50,790 bases of DNA from a virus: the IMG/VR virus record IMGVR_UViG_3300045988_139260, one strand, 5' to 3'. Position numbers and translations under genes: made by a program. Positions within the stretch are counted from its first letter, which is position 1, and each line of letters begins with the position of its first letter. Shown here piece after piece: positions 35,553-45,108 of the stretch. The notes below the pieces were generated by a model. It did not search any database. It was not told the DNA's origin and saw nothing but the letters and a program-made list of their open reading frames with translations.

Positions 35553-36898
35553 ATAGAGGAAAGGGATTCGGATTCCTATTCGAGATGGGCTGCGGCAAGA
35601 CCTTAACAGCAATAGCTGTGGCCGGGGCGGCATACCAGATGGGAAAAATTGAAAAGGTGCTTATCGTAGCACCCACGTCAGTGTGCTCGGTGTGGCCAAA
35701 GGAATTTGATGATTATGCCACATTCAAATATAAAGTCAATGTCATGCTCGGAGACAAGAAACAGCGCCTCAGGGAGCTTGAAGCACTTAAAGCTTTTCCA
35801 TTCAAGGCACTTAAAGTTGCTGTAATTAATTATGAATCAACCTGGAGAGATGGTATCTTCGAGGCGCTGAAAGACTGGGAACCGGACTTAGTGATAGCTG
35901 ATGAAAGCCAGCGTATCAAGACGCACGATGCGAACCAGTCCAAGGCAATGCACAAGCTCGGCGATATCGCAAAATACAAGCTGATTCTATCGGGCACACC
36001 GGTTCAGAATAATGCGATTGACATTTTCAGTCAGTACCGTTTTTTGGATCCGACTGTGTTCGGCAACAATTTTTATGCTTTTCGGAACCGCTACGCTATT
36101 ATGGGCGGCTTTTCCAACAAGCAGATCATAGGTTACAAGGACCTTGATAAGCTTATCAAAAAGGAGCATTCGATTGCATACAGAGTCACCAAGGATGAAG
36201 CGCTTGACTTGCCAGAGCAGACATTCGAGACAAGATACATCCGCATGGATACAAAGGATAAAAGCCTTTACGAGCAGATTAAGAAAAACAGCTTTGCAGA
36301 GCTTGAGGATGGAGGTTCAGTGAGCGCCCCGACAGTGCTGACCAAGCTTTTAAGGCTGCAGCAGTTTACCGGAGGATTTATTCAGGCAGATGAGAGCTTG
36401 AAGCCGGAACTTGTATTCAAAGGCAAGCTCAATGCACTTGAAGACATCCTGGATGATTACGTTATCGATGCTGGCAAGAAACTTGTAGTATTCTGCAGGT
36501 TTAGAGCAGAAATTGACCTGATACAAAAGCTTTTAGAAAAGAAAAAAATCAAATACTGCAGTATCTACGGCGATATCAAGATTGATGATCGAGGCGATAT
36601 CGTAAAGGACTTTCAGACGAATCCTAAAACAATGGTATTCCTTGCGCAGATAGATACAGCGGGATTAGGAATCACACTCACTGCGGCAGACACATGTGTG
36701 TATTATTCAGTCAACTTTAACTATGCAGCATACTCACAGAGCTTGGCCAGAATACACAGGATCGGCCAGAAGAATGCCTGCACGTACATTCATCTTACTG
36801 TTGAAAATACGATTGATGAAAAGGTACTTAAGGCACTGGCCAGAAAAGAAGACATGGCCAAGACAGTTGTAGACGATTGGCGTGCTTACTTTGAATAG
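35549..36898 (+). CDS. SNF2-family helicase, core fragment (Walker A onward)
   Basis: Starts MNRGKGFGFLFEMGCGKTLTAI (motif I). DESQRIK (motif II), LSGTPVQN (III) and the C-terminal helicase lobe (QSLARIHRIGQ). Confidence 0.9.
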   Translation: MNRGKGFGFLFEMGCGKTLTAIAVAGAAYQMGKIEKVLIVAPTSVCSVWPKEFDDYATFKYKVNVMLGDKKQRLRELEALKAFPFKALKVAVINYESTWRDGIFEALKDWEPDLVIADESQRIKTHDANQSKAMHKLGDIAKYKLILSGTPVQNNAIDIFSQYRFLDPTVFGNNFYAFRNRYAIMGGFSNKQIIGYKDLDKLIKKEHSIAYRVTKDEALDLPEQTFETRYIRMDTKDKSLYEQIKKNSFAELEDGGSVSAPTVLTKLLRLQQFTGGFIQADESLKPELVFKGKLNALEDILDDYVIDAGKKLVVFCRFRAEIDLIQKLLEKKKIKYCSIYGDIKIDDRGDIVKDFQTNPKTMVFLAQIDTAGLGITLTAADTCVYYSVNFNYAAYSQSLARIHRIGQKNACTYIHLTVENTIDEKVLKALARKEDMAKTVVDDWRAYFE

Positions 36899-36909
36899 GA
36901 GGTAGAGAG

Positions 36910-37050
36910 ATGAAACTGAATGACGTATACACAAAGCCATTGAAAGACGTCGTAGAGGATCTGAACCTCACGGACATGAAGGTTCACACAGACGACGATG
37001 GAGAAGTGAAATCCATAGAGCTAAAAATACATACGCCTGGAGCGCGATAG
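36910..37050 (+). CDS. Hypothetical small protein
   Basis: 46 aa with strong AGGAGG RBS. Below the track cutoff. Confidence 0.45.
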   Translation: MKLNDVYTKPLKDVVEDLNLTDMKVHTDDDGEVKSIELKIHTPGAR

Positions 37051-37093
37051 AAAGACTTGTGACACATGGAACGTTGAAGACACGACATCGCTC

Positions 37094-37522
37094 ATGATCG
37101 CAGAGGCGATGGTAAAGGGAGATATCCCGATGGAAAAGGTGCGTAAGATGGTCGAGGAAAGAGCCGACGACGTGTACCATTTCGAGTTCAACGCCTACAG
37201 CGACAACGTGAAAAAGGTTCAGGAAATGTTGATAGAGTCATTCGATACACAAAACCCGCAGCCATACTCTGTGCCGGTAGATTCGCAGGAGGATATAAGA
37301 AAAGTTAAGGCATACGGAGGGAATCCAGTAGTCGTTCCAGCAGGCGTGGCGAAGCTGCTCAAGGAAGAAAAAGACAAGCGCATCAAAGAGCTTACAGAAA
37401 TCCCATGCGCCAACGCTATGACTTTGAAAGATAAATTCAATCGCTGGTACGACGTATACGCGGAAGACATCCGAGACGAGGCACGAATGGAGGTAAGAAA
37501 TCTCATTGATGAATTGGAGTAG
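37094..37522 (+). CDS. Hypothetical protein
   Basis: 142 aa in the early operon. Confidence 0.55.
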   Translation: MIAEAMVKGDIPMEKVRKMVEERADDVYHFEFNAYSDNVKKVQEMLIESFDTQNPQPYSVPVDSQEDIRKVKAYGGNPVVVPAGVAKLLKEEKDKRIKELTEIPCANAMTLKDKFNRWYDVYAEDIRDEARMEVRNLIDELE

Positions 37523-37527
37523 TTAAC

Positions 37528-37725
37528 ATGAATGACGGGATGAATAAAATTGTGATCTGCAAACAGTGTGGCCAACCAGAATACTGGGGAGAAATGAGAT
37601 GGCTGTCAGGAAAGTGTACTTGCAGAAATTGTTACAAGGCAAACTGGCAAGATGAGAATCATTGCTTATATTCATGGGATGACTTAGACGGAAAACGGCC
37701 GACTCTGGAAGAAATGTACAGATAA
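37528..37725 (+). CDS. Hypothetical zinc-ribbon protein
   Basis: 65 aa; CKQCG...CTCRNC. Confidence 0.55.
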   Translation: MNDGMNKIVICKQCGQPEYWGEMRWLSGKCTCRNCYKANWQDENHCLYSWDDLDGKRPTLEEMYR

Positions 37726-37756
37726 TGAAACTTAAAACAAGGAGGAAAATACAAAG

Positions 37757-38245
37757 ATGGAACAGACATTAGATGATAAGGTCAGGGAGTACAAGGAGCT
37801 CCTGGATGAAAAAGAAGACCTTGCTAAACAAGTAAAAGAAAATAATGCAGCTAAGGAAAAATTGGAGCAGGAAATCTGCCAGATGATGATTGACGAAGAG
37901 AAGCCAAATACTGTGGTTGATGGATTCAACTACAGCTTATCACAGAAGATTATGTATGCCAAAAAGTCAGAGGAAAAGCTTGCAGAAATCGAAGCTACTA
38001 CAAGAGTATCATTTTTCGATGCGCTGAGAGAGCAGGGGCTCGGAGATATTATCGTTGAGAAAGTTGACCCAAGAACATTGCAGAGCGCTGTGGCCAACCT
38101 TGCGGCAGAGGCAGAGGACAACGGTGAGGAGCTTCCTGAGGAACTCACAGAGTATTTGTCCATCTACGAAAAACTATCAATATTAAAAAGAAAAGCAAAC
38201 ACCAAGGCGCTCGATAGAGCAAGAGCAAATAAGGAGGAAATATAA
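37757..38245 (+). CDS. Hypothetical coiled-coil protein (Gp157/Gam-like layout, tentative)
   Basis: 162 aa with a charged N-terminal coiled coil. Family not securely recognised. Confidence 0.5.
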   Translation: MEQTLDDKVREYKELLDEKEDLAKQVKENNAAKEKLEQEICQMMIDEEKPNTVVDGFNYSLSQKIMYAKKSEEKLAEIEATTRVSFFDALREQGLGDIIVEKVDPRTLQSAVANLAAEAEDNGEELPEELTEYLSIYEKLSILKRKANTKALDRARANKEEI

Positions 38246-38740
38246 ATGGAATACGAGCAGATGGAGATGGACGTTCGCTTAGACAGCGAGCGAGACTTAA
38301 AGGAAAACATATCAACCGTAGTTAAGTTTCTGTATGATCAGAGAAATCGCGAAGTCAATGTCTCGAAGGTCAGAAACAAGCACGAGGGTTACGGCATAGC
38401 AGCGGAAGCGTTCGCAAAGATAGCAGGAAAAGAGAAGATTGTTAAGACAACAATGAACATGTATCTAGGCGGTTTACAGGTGAACGGTGAGGATTGCGTC
38501 CAGACTGTGTCCACACTTTACAACAGTGTTGTTGATATGGCATGTGATACTATCAGCATGGCAGCAGACCTGCACAGAATACTTAATGACATGTACTATG
38601 ATGTAGATTCAAGAACACCACTTGAGAAAGCAATAGACGAAGCCAAGGCAAATAATGCATCGGATGATGATGGATTCGAGGAGGCGCCAATGGAAGAGGA
38701 GCTTGAGGATGAAGAGGACGAAGAGGAGGATGAAGAATAA
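38246..38740 (+). CDS. Hypothetical protein with polyacidic C-terminal tail
   Basis: 164 aa ending EEELEDEEDEEEDEE. Confidence 0.55.
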   Translation: MEYEQMEMDVRLDSERDLKENISTVVKFLYDQRNREVNVSKVRNKHEGYGIAAEAFAKIAGKEKIVKTTMNMYLGGLQVNGEDCVQTVSTLYNSVVDMACDTISMAADLHRILNDMYYDVDSRTPLEKAIDEAKANNASDDDGFEEAPMEEELEDEEDEEEDEE

Positions 38741-38988
38741 TGGGAGTTCAGATTGAGAAGAAGGAAATTATTACAGTGAGAGACGACTGTGGCCAGGTTG
38801 TAAGCCCGGGAGACTTCCTGATGATGAGAGTCGGGAAAGAAGATGTTGTATGCCGTTTCAAGGGCATCGAGGCGGGATATTTTAAGACGCAGCATCTGTA
38901 TGACGATGAAACCGTTAAATACAGAAACGCATCTATAGAGTCAATATATCACATTGACATCACAACTATTAATACCAAGGAGGATTAG
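38740..38988 (+). CDS. Hypothetical protein
   Basis: 82 aa; ATG overlaps the previous stop. Confidence 0.5.
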   Translation: MGVQIEKKEIITVRDDCGQVVSPGDFLMMRVGKEDVVCRFKGIEAGYFKTQHLYDDETVKYRNASIESIYHIDITTINTKED

Positions 38989-38993
38989 GAGAT

Positions 38994-39794
38994 ATGGGAA
39001 AAAATGAAGTAGCAGTAACAGAAGATAAGAAATTCAACCTGGTAACTATGGCAGAGTCAGGACTCAGCGAAGCTATCGCAGAGGAAATGGACGGCCTTGG
39101 ACCCATACCGTATGACAAGGTAAAGATACCATCGGGCGGAGGTCTTGCGTTTGAGATACCAGGAGAGACAGAGGATGACCCACAGACAGCTACAGAGCTT
39201 GTCGGTGTGATCTTATTCCACCATCCACTCAACGGTTACTGGGAAGAAGAGTTTAACGGAAGCAACGATAAGCCGAACTGCAGCAGTCTTGATGGCAAGA
39301 CCGGAGTTATATCAGAGACCGGCGAGATCAGGGACTGTGCCAACTGCGAATTTAATAAATTTGGCACAGCGAAAAATGGTTCCGGAAAAGCATGTAAGAA
39401 CATGCATCGCATCTACTTTTTACAGGAGGACAACCCTGTGCCGCTCATCGTTACTCTTCCGCCGACATCAATCAAGTCACTCAGAGATTACATCAGTAAG
39501 CGCATTCTTTTGAGAGGCATGAGATGTTACAGTGCAGTAACTAAGATTACCCTGAAAAAGGACAAGAATGCGGCGGGAATAGCATACAGCAAGGCAGTGT
39601 TCACGTTCGTAAAGAAGCTTGATGCAGACCAGGTAAGCGCGGCTGAGGAAATGGCAAAAGAAATGAAGAAGATACAGACATTCGTAGACATTGACGATTC
39701 GGACTACGATGAACCTGAAGAACCAAAAACCGACAACGATGGATTCATGGCTGTGCCTGATAATGCTATTAACGAGGAATTACCATTTAATTAA
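38994..39794 (+). CDS. Hypothetical Cys-cluster (putative zinc/DNA-binding) replication-module protein
   Basis: 266 aa. PNCSSLDG...CANCEFNKFG...GKACKN. Immediately upstream of the primase-helicase. Family not recognised. Confidence 0.55.
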   Translation: MGKNEVAVTEDKKFNLVTMAESGLSEAIAEEMDGLGPIPYDKVKIPSGGGLAFEIPGETEDDPQTATELVGVILFHHPLNGYWEEEFNGSNDKPNCSSLDGKTGVISETGEIRDCANCEFNKFGTAKNGSGKACKNMHRIYFLQEDNPVPLIVTLPPTSIKSLRDYISKRILLRGMRCYSAVTKITLKKDKNAAGIAYSKAVFTFVKKLDADQVSAAEEMAKEMKKIQTFVDIDDSDYDEPEEPKTDNDGFMAVPDNAINEELPFN

Positions 39795-39848
39795 AGGGGA
39801 TCGGGGCGTAAGCCCCCCCCCGATCAGTAGCGGATTGGAGGGCGCGAT

Positions 39849-42575
39849 ATGAATGCAGAACAACTAAACATAGATGATTTCGTTGATTATGCAGCAGAAT
39901 ATAAAAGTATCATAAAAAACGCCAACATCGCAGGCGATAAGCTTACAGGCCTGTGTCCATTTCACGATGACCGCTCTAATTCATTCTCGGTAGACTTGAA
40001 AACAGGCATGTGGCACTGTTTTGCCGAGGATGAGGGCGGTAATTTTATCACATTTTACAGTAAATATTATGGGCTGAACACCAAGGATGCATACAAAGAG
40101 ATACTAAACAAATACGGCCGGCTTGACAATCAGCCACAGCCCAAGCCAGAAAAACCAAAGCTGCAGCCATTCACCCTGCAAGAGTATTCATTTGCCAAGA
40201 AACTTCCTGAGGACTTTTTGAAAGAGGTCTGCAGAGTATCAACCGGCAAGGATAGAGACGGCACCAAATGGCTTAAAATGCCATATTTCAAAGAGAACGG
40301 CGAAGCGGAGATATTCAGAAAGCGTTACGGTAACAAGGAATTTAGATGGAGCTACGGAAGCAGCGGAAAGCTGTGCCTGTATGGAGAATGGCGCCTGCCA
40401 GAAATCAGGCAGAATGGCTATTGCATTCTTGTTGAGGGCGAGAGCGATACACAAACATTGTGGTACCTGCAGTTTGCAGCGCTTGGAACACCGGGAGCCG
40501 TTAACTTCAAGGATAAGATGGTGCCACAGCTTGAAGGGCTTAAGCTATATATACACGAGGAGCCAGACAAGGGCGGTAAGACTTTTTTTGAAAAGACGTG
40601 CCGGATTTTAAGTGAAAAGGATTTTTCGGGAGAGGTTTATTCCTTCACCTGCAAGCAGTTCGGAGTCAAGGATCCGTCAGAGCTTTACATGGCGCACGGC
40701 GCAGAAATTGCCACCAAGGAAATTAAGCAGGCTCTGCAGAATGCCAAGAGGATTGACCTTGACGCCATCAATGACATTATTCCTGAGGCAGCCAAGGGAG
40801 CTCCGGTCAATCTAAGACAGCCGGAAGGCTGGATATATTCAGACAAGGGCATAAGTCACATCAATGAAAAGACAATGATACCGTCACTTGTCTGCAGAAC
40901 ACCGATTATTTTGACACAGCGACTTAAGAGCATGGAGAGTGGCGAGGAAAAAATTGAAATAGCATTCAAGAGGGACAATGAATGGCACAAAGCTATTTTC
41001 CCACGGTCAACGATATTCACGAGCCGAAGCATCACAGCGCTCGCAGATCTTGGATGCACAGTAACAAGCGAAAATGCCAAGCAAATCGTAAGATTCCTCG
41101 CAGCTCTTGAGGCCGAGAACATTGATGTAATAAGCAAAGCTGATTCAGCATCGACATTCGGCTGGCAGAGTGGAGGACGATTCCTGCCCGGTCATGGCGA
41201 CGATATTGTACTTGACATCGAACCATCACTTAGAGGATGGGCGGCGGCATATCATGCCAACGGCACATTTGAAGCATGGAAAGACACGATGAGACCTCAT
41301 CGTGAGCGTGATAAGTTCAGGTTTATTTTAGCGGCAAGTTTTGCGGCGCCGTTGCTTAGAATTTTGTCACAGCGAATATTTTTTGTATATAACTGGGGCG
41401 GTTCTAAAGGCGGAAAGACCGCAGCACTCAAGGCTGCACTGTCAGCTTGGGGAGACCCGGAACGGCTCATGGTAAATTTCAACGCCACTCAGGTGGCACT
41501 TGAGCGCATGGCAGGGTTTTACAATGACCTGCCGATGGGAATTGATGAACGACAGCTCGCAGGCCAGAAGCAGGAAAGCCTTGAGAAAATAGTATATATG
41601 ATAGCATCAGGTACAGGCAGAGCCAGAGGAAGCAAGGGTGGCGGACTGCAGACCCTTAACACATGGCGAACTGTGGCGCTTGCAACAGGCGAAGAGCCAT
41701 TATCGACAGAGACTTCACAGACCGGTGTATCTACACGAGTCTTGGAGATATACGGCGGACCATTCGACAACGAAAAAGATGCCAGCCTGATGCACCAGCA
41801 GGCACCACTTAACTGTGGATGGGCGGGCCCGGAGTTCATCAATCAGATAATGAGAACCGATGAGCGCAGTATCAAAGAAGAATATGACCGCATGGTTGAG
41901 CAGGTATATGCACTTGCAAACGGCACCAGCGGAAGCCATATAGCCGGTATAAGTGCTGTAGCACTTGCCGATGCTATGATAGATACTTGGATTTTTAGAG
42001 ACCATCCTGAACCGGAGACCGGCACGAGAGCTCCGCTTATCATCGACAAGGAATCATGGGACAGGGCTGTGGCTATGGCTCAGGCAATTATCAGGGAGCA
42101 GTTGGCAGCAGGTGTGTCAGATGTTAACGAGAATGCAACACAGTACATAGTAGACTGGGTATTATCCAACAAGCAGTATTTTGGTGAGAAGGCTATAGGA
42201 ACATGCCTCGGAACCATCAGCAACGACCAGAACAAAGTATATATTTTTCCGTCGATTCTGAATAATGCACTGTCTAAAGCCGGATATAGCCCGAGGAAAA
42301 CTCTTAAATATCTTGCAGATAACAATATAATTACAGCAAAATCTAAGACGAACGGCGGAAAAACGTATAGCGTAACTAAATGGTTTAACAACAGGACATG
42401 CAGATTCGTAGAATTTGATTTAAGCCAATTCTCGAAACCAATAGATCCGCTCGATGAAGAAGTAGCAGCACTTGCAAGGGATTCAGGAACACAATCTAAC
42501 GAGGATGGATTTGTTTCGGCAGGCAATACGCCATTCGATGAAACAGACGGTCAACTGCCATTGCCATTCACGTAA
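39849..42575 (+). CDS. Bifunctional primase-helicase (zf-CHC2 + TOPRIM + P-loop NTPase)
   Basis: CPFHDDRSNSFSVDLKTGMWHCFAEDEGGN (DnaG-type zinc finger), ILVEGESDTQTLW (TOPRIM), NWGGSKGGKTAAL (Walker A), GIDERQ (Walker B). Confidence 0.9.
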   Translation: MNAEQLNIDDFVDYAAEYKSIIKNANIAGDKLTGLCPFHDDRSNSFSVDLKTGMWHCFAEDEGGNFITFYSKYYGLNTKDAYKEILNKYGRLDNQPQPKPEKPKLQPFTLQEYSFAKKLPEDFLKEVCRVSTGKDRDGTKWLKMPYFKENGEAEIFRKRYGNKEFRWSYGSSGKLCLYGEWRLPEIRQNGYCILVEGESDTQTLWYLQFAALGTPGAVNFKDKMVPQLEGLKLYIHEEPDKGGKTFFEKTCRILSEKDFSGEVYSFTCKQFGVKDPSELYMAHGAEIATKEIKQALQNAKRIDLDAINDIIPEAAKGAPVNLRQPEGWIYSDKGISHINEKTMIPSLVCRTPIILTQRLKSMESGEEKIEIAFKRDNEWHKAIFPRSTIFTSRSITALADLGCTVTSENAKQIVRFLAALEAENIDVISKADSASTFGWQSGGRFLPGHGDDIVLDIEPSLRGWAAAYHANGTFEAWKDTMRPHRERDKFRFILAASFAAPLLRILSQRIFFVYNWGGSKGGKTAALKAALSAWGDPERLMVNFNATQVALERMAGFYNDLPMGIDERQLAGQKQESLEKIVYMIASGTGRARGSKGGGLQTLNTWRTVALATGEEPLSTETSQTGVSTRVLEIYGGPFDNEKDASLMHQQAPLNCGWAGPEFINQIMRTDERSIKEEYDRMVEQVYALANGTSGSHIAGISAVALADAMIDTWIFRDHPEPETGTRAPLIIDKESWDRAVAMAQAIIREQLAAGVSDVNENATQYIVDWVLSNKQYFGEKAIGTCLGTISNDQNKVYIFPSILNNALSKAGYSPRKTLKYLADNNIITAKSKTNGGKTYSVTKWFNNRTCRFVEFDLSQFSKPIDPLDEEVAALARDSGTQSNEDGFVSAGNTPFDETDGQLPLPFT

Positions 42576-42594
42576 TCTAGGAATATAGTACGCT

Positions 42595-42897
42595 AAATTC
42601 CTAACACCTAAAAATTAGGTGTTAGGTTAGGTGTTAGGTTAGGTGTTAGGTCTGAAAGCCTTGATTTTAGCGAGGTTGAGCGCCTTTATATATATTCCTA
42701 ACACCTCTGACACCTATTTATAGGTTATTGTATGAGCTTGCGTGCAGTACTTTTTGGTGCACACAATAAAAAAATAGGTATGTATTTAAAAATTAGGTGT
42801 TAGGTGTTAGGAATGCCGATAAACGCTTAAAAATCAAGGGATTACACCTAACACCTATAAAAAACAATTAGGTGTTAGGAATATTAGGTGTTAGGGA
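42595..42897. repeat. Iteron-type origin of replication
   Basis: At least 9 copies of TTAGGTGTTAGG / CCTAACACCTAA in both orientations, including three tandem 12-mers at 42615-42650. AT-rich tttatatatatt at 42675-42686. Directly downstream of the primase-helicase. Confidence 0.75.
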
Positions 42898-42907
42898 GTG
42901 AGCGAAC

Positions 42908-43297
42908 ATGAAAAAACCGGATGAAGCCTTAAAACAAGCGGAGTTGACGCTTGAGAAATACAGGAAAAACAAAACACAGATACCGCCGGAAGATTTGGCA
43001 GGCAAATATCGCGTAGCATTTCAGAAACTAAAAGATGAGCTCGCAAGTGACTTAAAAGAGTACGTCAAGGCATATTGTTTCATCGGAATCAAGGTCAATG
43101 ATGCATCTGATCCGATTGTGGCCAAAATTCAGAAATCTTTTGATGATAACCAGATTGGAAAGAGAATTGGTCATGCAGCATTTATTAATTTTGACATTGA
43201 AGAGGTCAAAGAAATCGCAAGGCAGCAGTACCGAGAAAATCTTAGAATATACAGGAAGGAAAAGAACGATGATTGTAAAACAGATACCGCAGGATGA
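42908..43297 (+). CDS. Hypothetical protein
   Basis: 129 aa, after the origin, with a GGGAGTGAG RBS-like sequence. Confidence 0.55.
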   Translation: MKKPDEALKQAELTLEKYRKNKTQIPPEDLAGKYRVAFQKLKDELASDLKEYVKAYCFIGIKVNDASDPIVAKIQKSFDDNQIGKRIGHAAFINFDIEEVKEIARQQYRENLRIYRKEKNDDCKTDTAG

Positions 43298-43775
43298 AGC
43301 ACTAAGGCTTTTTTTAAAGGGAACTGATATCATGATAATGACCCCGGGCATAAGGGACAGTGGATGGAGTGAGATGATTCCGGACACATTGAGCTGTCTC
43401 TTAGAGGGCGTGATGTTTTTCAGAAGGGAGCCGGCAATGGAAACCGGCTTGGATATAAAGACGGATAGAACCTTGAGCGATATACCATCATTTAATCCAA
43501 GCCAAGGTCCAGATAACACAGGGATTGATTCAGATAATGAGGCTGAGAAAGAGGCTGACAATTCTGATGATCAGGAGCCAGAAGCTTCGGAATATGATAA
43601 CGAGAAAGACGCAAAACATAAAAAGAGAGTACAGGTTGACACCGGAAAGCTCATGGCACTAAGGAAAGCCGGCTGGACTGTGCCTATGATAGCAGATGAA
43701 TTAGGCATCGGAAAAAGCACCGTTTACAATTATGTTATGAAAATGCAGAAGGGAGCTGCCAATGAGAACGATTAA
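43269..43775 (+). CDS. Hypothetical protein with C-terminal HTH
   Basis: 168 aa from ATG 43269. C-terminus ALRKAGWTVPMIADELGIGKSTVYNYV is a Hin/resolvase-type HTH. The track ORF from 43098 is an overlap artefact. Confidence 0.6.
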   Translation: MIVKQIPQDEALRLFLKGTDIMIMTPGIRDSGWSEMIPDTLSCLLEGVMFFRREPAMETGLDIKTDRTLSDIPSFNPSQGPDNTGIDSDNEAEKEADNSDDQEPEASEYDNEKDAKHKKRVQVDTGKLMALRKAGWTVPMIADELGIGKSTVYNYVMKMQKGAANEND

Positions 43776-44244
43776 ATGCAGAGGCTGGGAGCCGGAACAT
43801 AAAACATGGATATATGGATCATATTTTGAACATTGCAATTGTGCAGTATGTTTTTCAAACGATGATCGCCCAGAATATCACGAACACGTAATATTGTTTG
43901 ATCAAATGACCGACTGGAGCCTTCCGAACCGCGCATTGCTTGCAGCAGTTGAGCCCGAGTCCATTGGAGAGTACGCCGGATGCACACTTGACGGCAAGGA
44001 AGTATATGAAGGCGACATACTGTGCCTGACAGATGAAACACCATATGAAGGCATTGTAAAGTTTGGCCCATATAATGAAGGCCCCGGGATATCGTATGAC
44101 ATGGGCTTTTATGTTGACTGGCAGGGAAAAGCCAAGGGGTGCAGGAAAGACTTAGGTTTTTGGATAAATCATAAAGACATCAAAATCGCAGGTAATATTT
44201 TTGAGAGGGGGTTGAACAATGAGGACAAGAGAACCGATAAGTGA
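43762..44244 (+). CDS. YopX family protein (second paralogue)
   Basis: IKCRGWEPEHKTWIYG...GKEVYEGDILC...IKIAGNIFERG. Confidence 0.75.
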   Translation: MRTIKCRGWEPEHKTWIYGSYFEHCNCAVCFSNDDRPEYHEHVILFDQMTDWSLPNRALLAAVEPESIGEYAGCTLDGKEVYEGDILCLTDETPYEGIVKFGPYNEGPGISYDMGFYVDWQGKAKGCRKDLGFWINHKDIKIAGNIFERGLNNEDKRTDK

Positions 44245-44449
44245 TACTGAGTACGCAGAATGCCAGAAATGTGTCCGGAAATGGGCTTTCAAAAAGATGA
44301 TGAAGCTTGAAAAAAAACTAAAACGATATGCAAAAATATACTTTGGCCAGGATATGTTAATCATTTACAAGAATCCGGAAGCCTTTAAGGAAGCAATTAA
44401 GAGCGGAAAGGTGAGTGTTGAAATCAATGAAAAAGCTAGACCGCTTTGA
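44219..44449 (+). CDS. Hypothetical protein
   Basis: 76 aa. Confidence 0.5.
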   Translation: MRTREPISDTEYAECQKCVRKWAFKKMMKLEKKLKRYAKIYFGQDMLIIYKNPEAFKEAIKSGKVSVEINEKARPL

Positions 44450-44861
44450 TAGCAGAGCTGAGGCGCTTAATTACATCCGCGAAAATGTGATAGGCATAAG
44501 AACGCCGGGTGATGCAGAACGCTACCTGATAGACAACATTCCCAAGGAGAGCTATTATCAGAAGAAAATCTTAGATTACATCAAGGCTAATTATCCCAGA
44601 GCTATTGCATGGAAGGAAGCAGCAGGGTGTTACAGCAGGCAGGGCATACCAGATGTGTCCGCCTGCATCAATGGCAGATATTTTGGATTCGAGGTCAAGA
44701 GACCATATTTCGGGAAACTGTCAGCGATGCAGAAGCAGACGATTGAGCGAATCAGGAAAGCCGGTGGCGTAGCCGGGGTGTGTATATTCCCAGAGGATGC
44801 AGAAGAATTAATACAGGAGGGCTTGTATGATGAACAGAAAACAAAGAAGGGCAGAGGCTAA
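44427..44861 (+). CDS. VRR-NUC domain nuclease
   Basis: QGIPDVSACINGRYFGFEVKRP...LSAMQKQTIERIRKAGGVAGV is the VRR-NUC pattern (PD-(D/E)xK). Start at ATG 44427 or GTG 44415. Confidence 0.8.
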   Translation: MKKLDRFDSRAEALNYIRENVIGIRTPGDAERYLIDNIPKESYYQKKILDYIKANYPRAIAWKEAAGCYSRQGIPDVSACINGRYFGFEVKRPYFGKLSAMQKQTIERIRKAGGVAGVCIFPEDAEELIQEGLYDEQKTKKGRG

Positions 44862-45108
44862 AGAGCGTGGCATTGTGGCATACAGGCCACCAGCACCCAA
44901 GCCGCAGGAGGTCATAAGCGAGACAGTACCGGATTTTTCAAGGGTACCACTTGCTACCATGTGTCAGAGCATCCAGATGCTTATTAATGAATTACACCGC
45001 AGGGGCGTCAAGATTTACGATTTTGATAATAAGACCAAACATGTACAGCAAATTCAGATTATAGGCAAGCGTGTATATTTTTTGGCGGAGGAAGATCATG
45101 AAAAGTAA
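44827..45108 (+). CDS. Hypothetical protein
   Basis: 93 aa. Confidence 0.5.
   Translation: MMNRKQRRAEAKERGIVAYRPPAPKPQEVISETVPDFSRVPLATMCQSIQMLINELHRRGVKIYDFDNKTKHVQQIQIIGKRVYFLAEEDHEK

Noticed and set aside
42595-42897. CRISPR array
   Set aside because: The repeats are only 12 bp, occur in both orientations, include directly abutting copies, and lack regular unique spacers. This architecture fits origin iterons.
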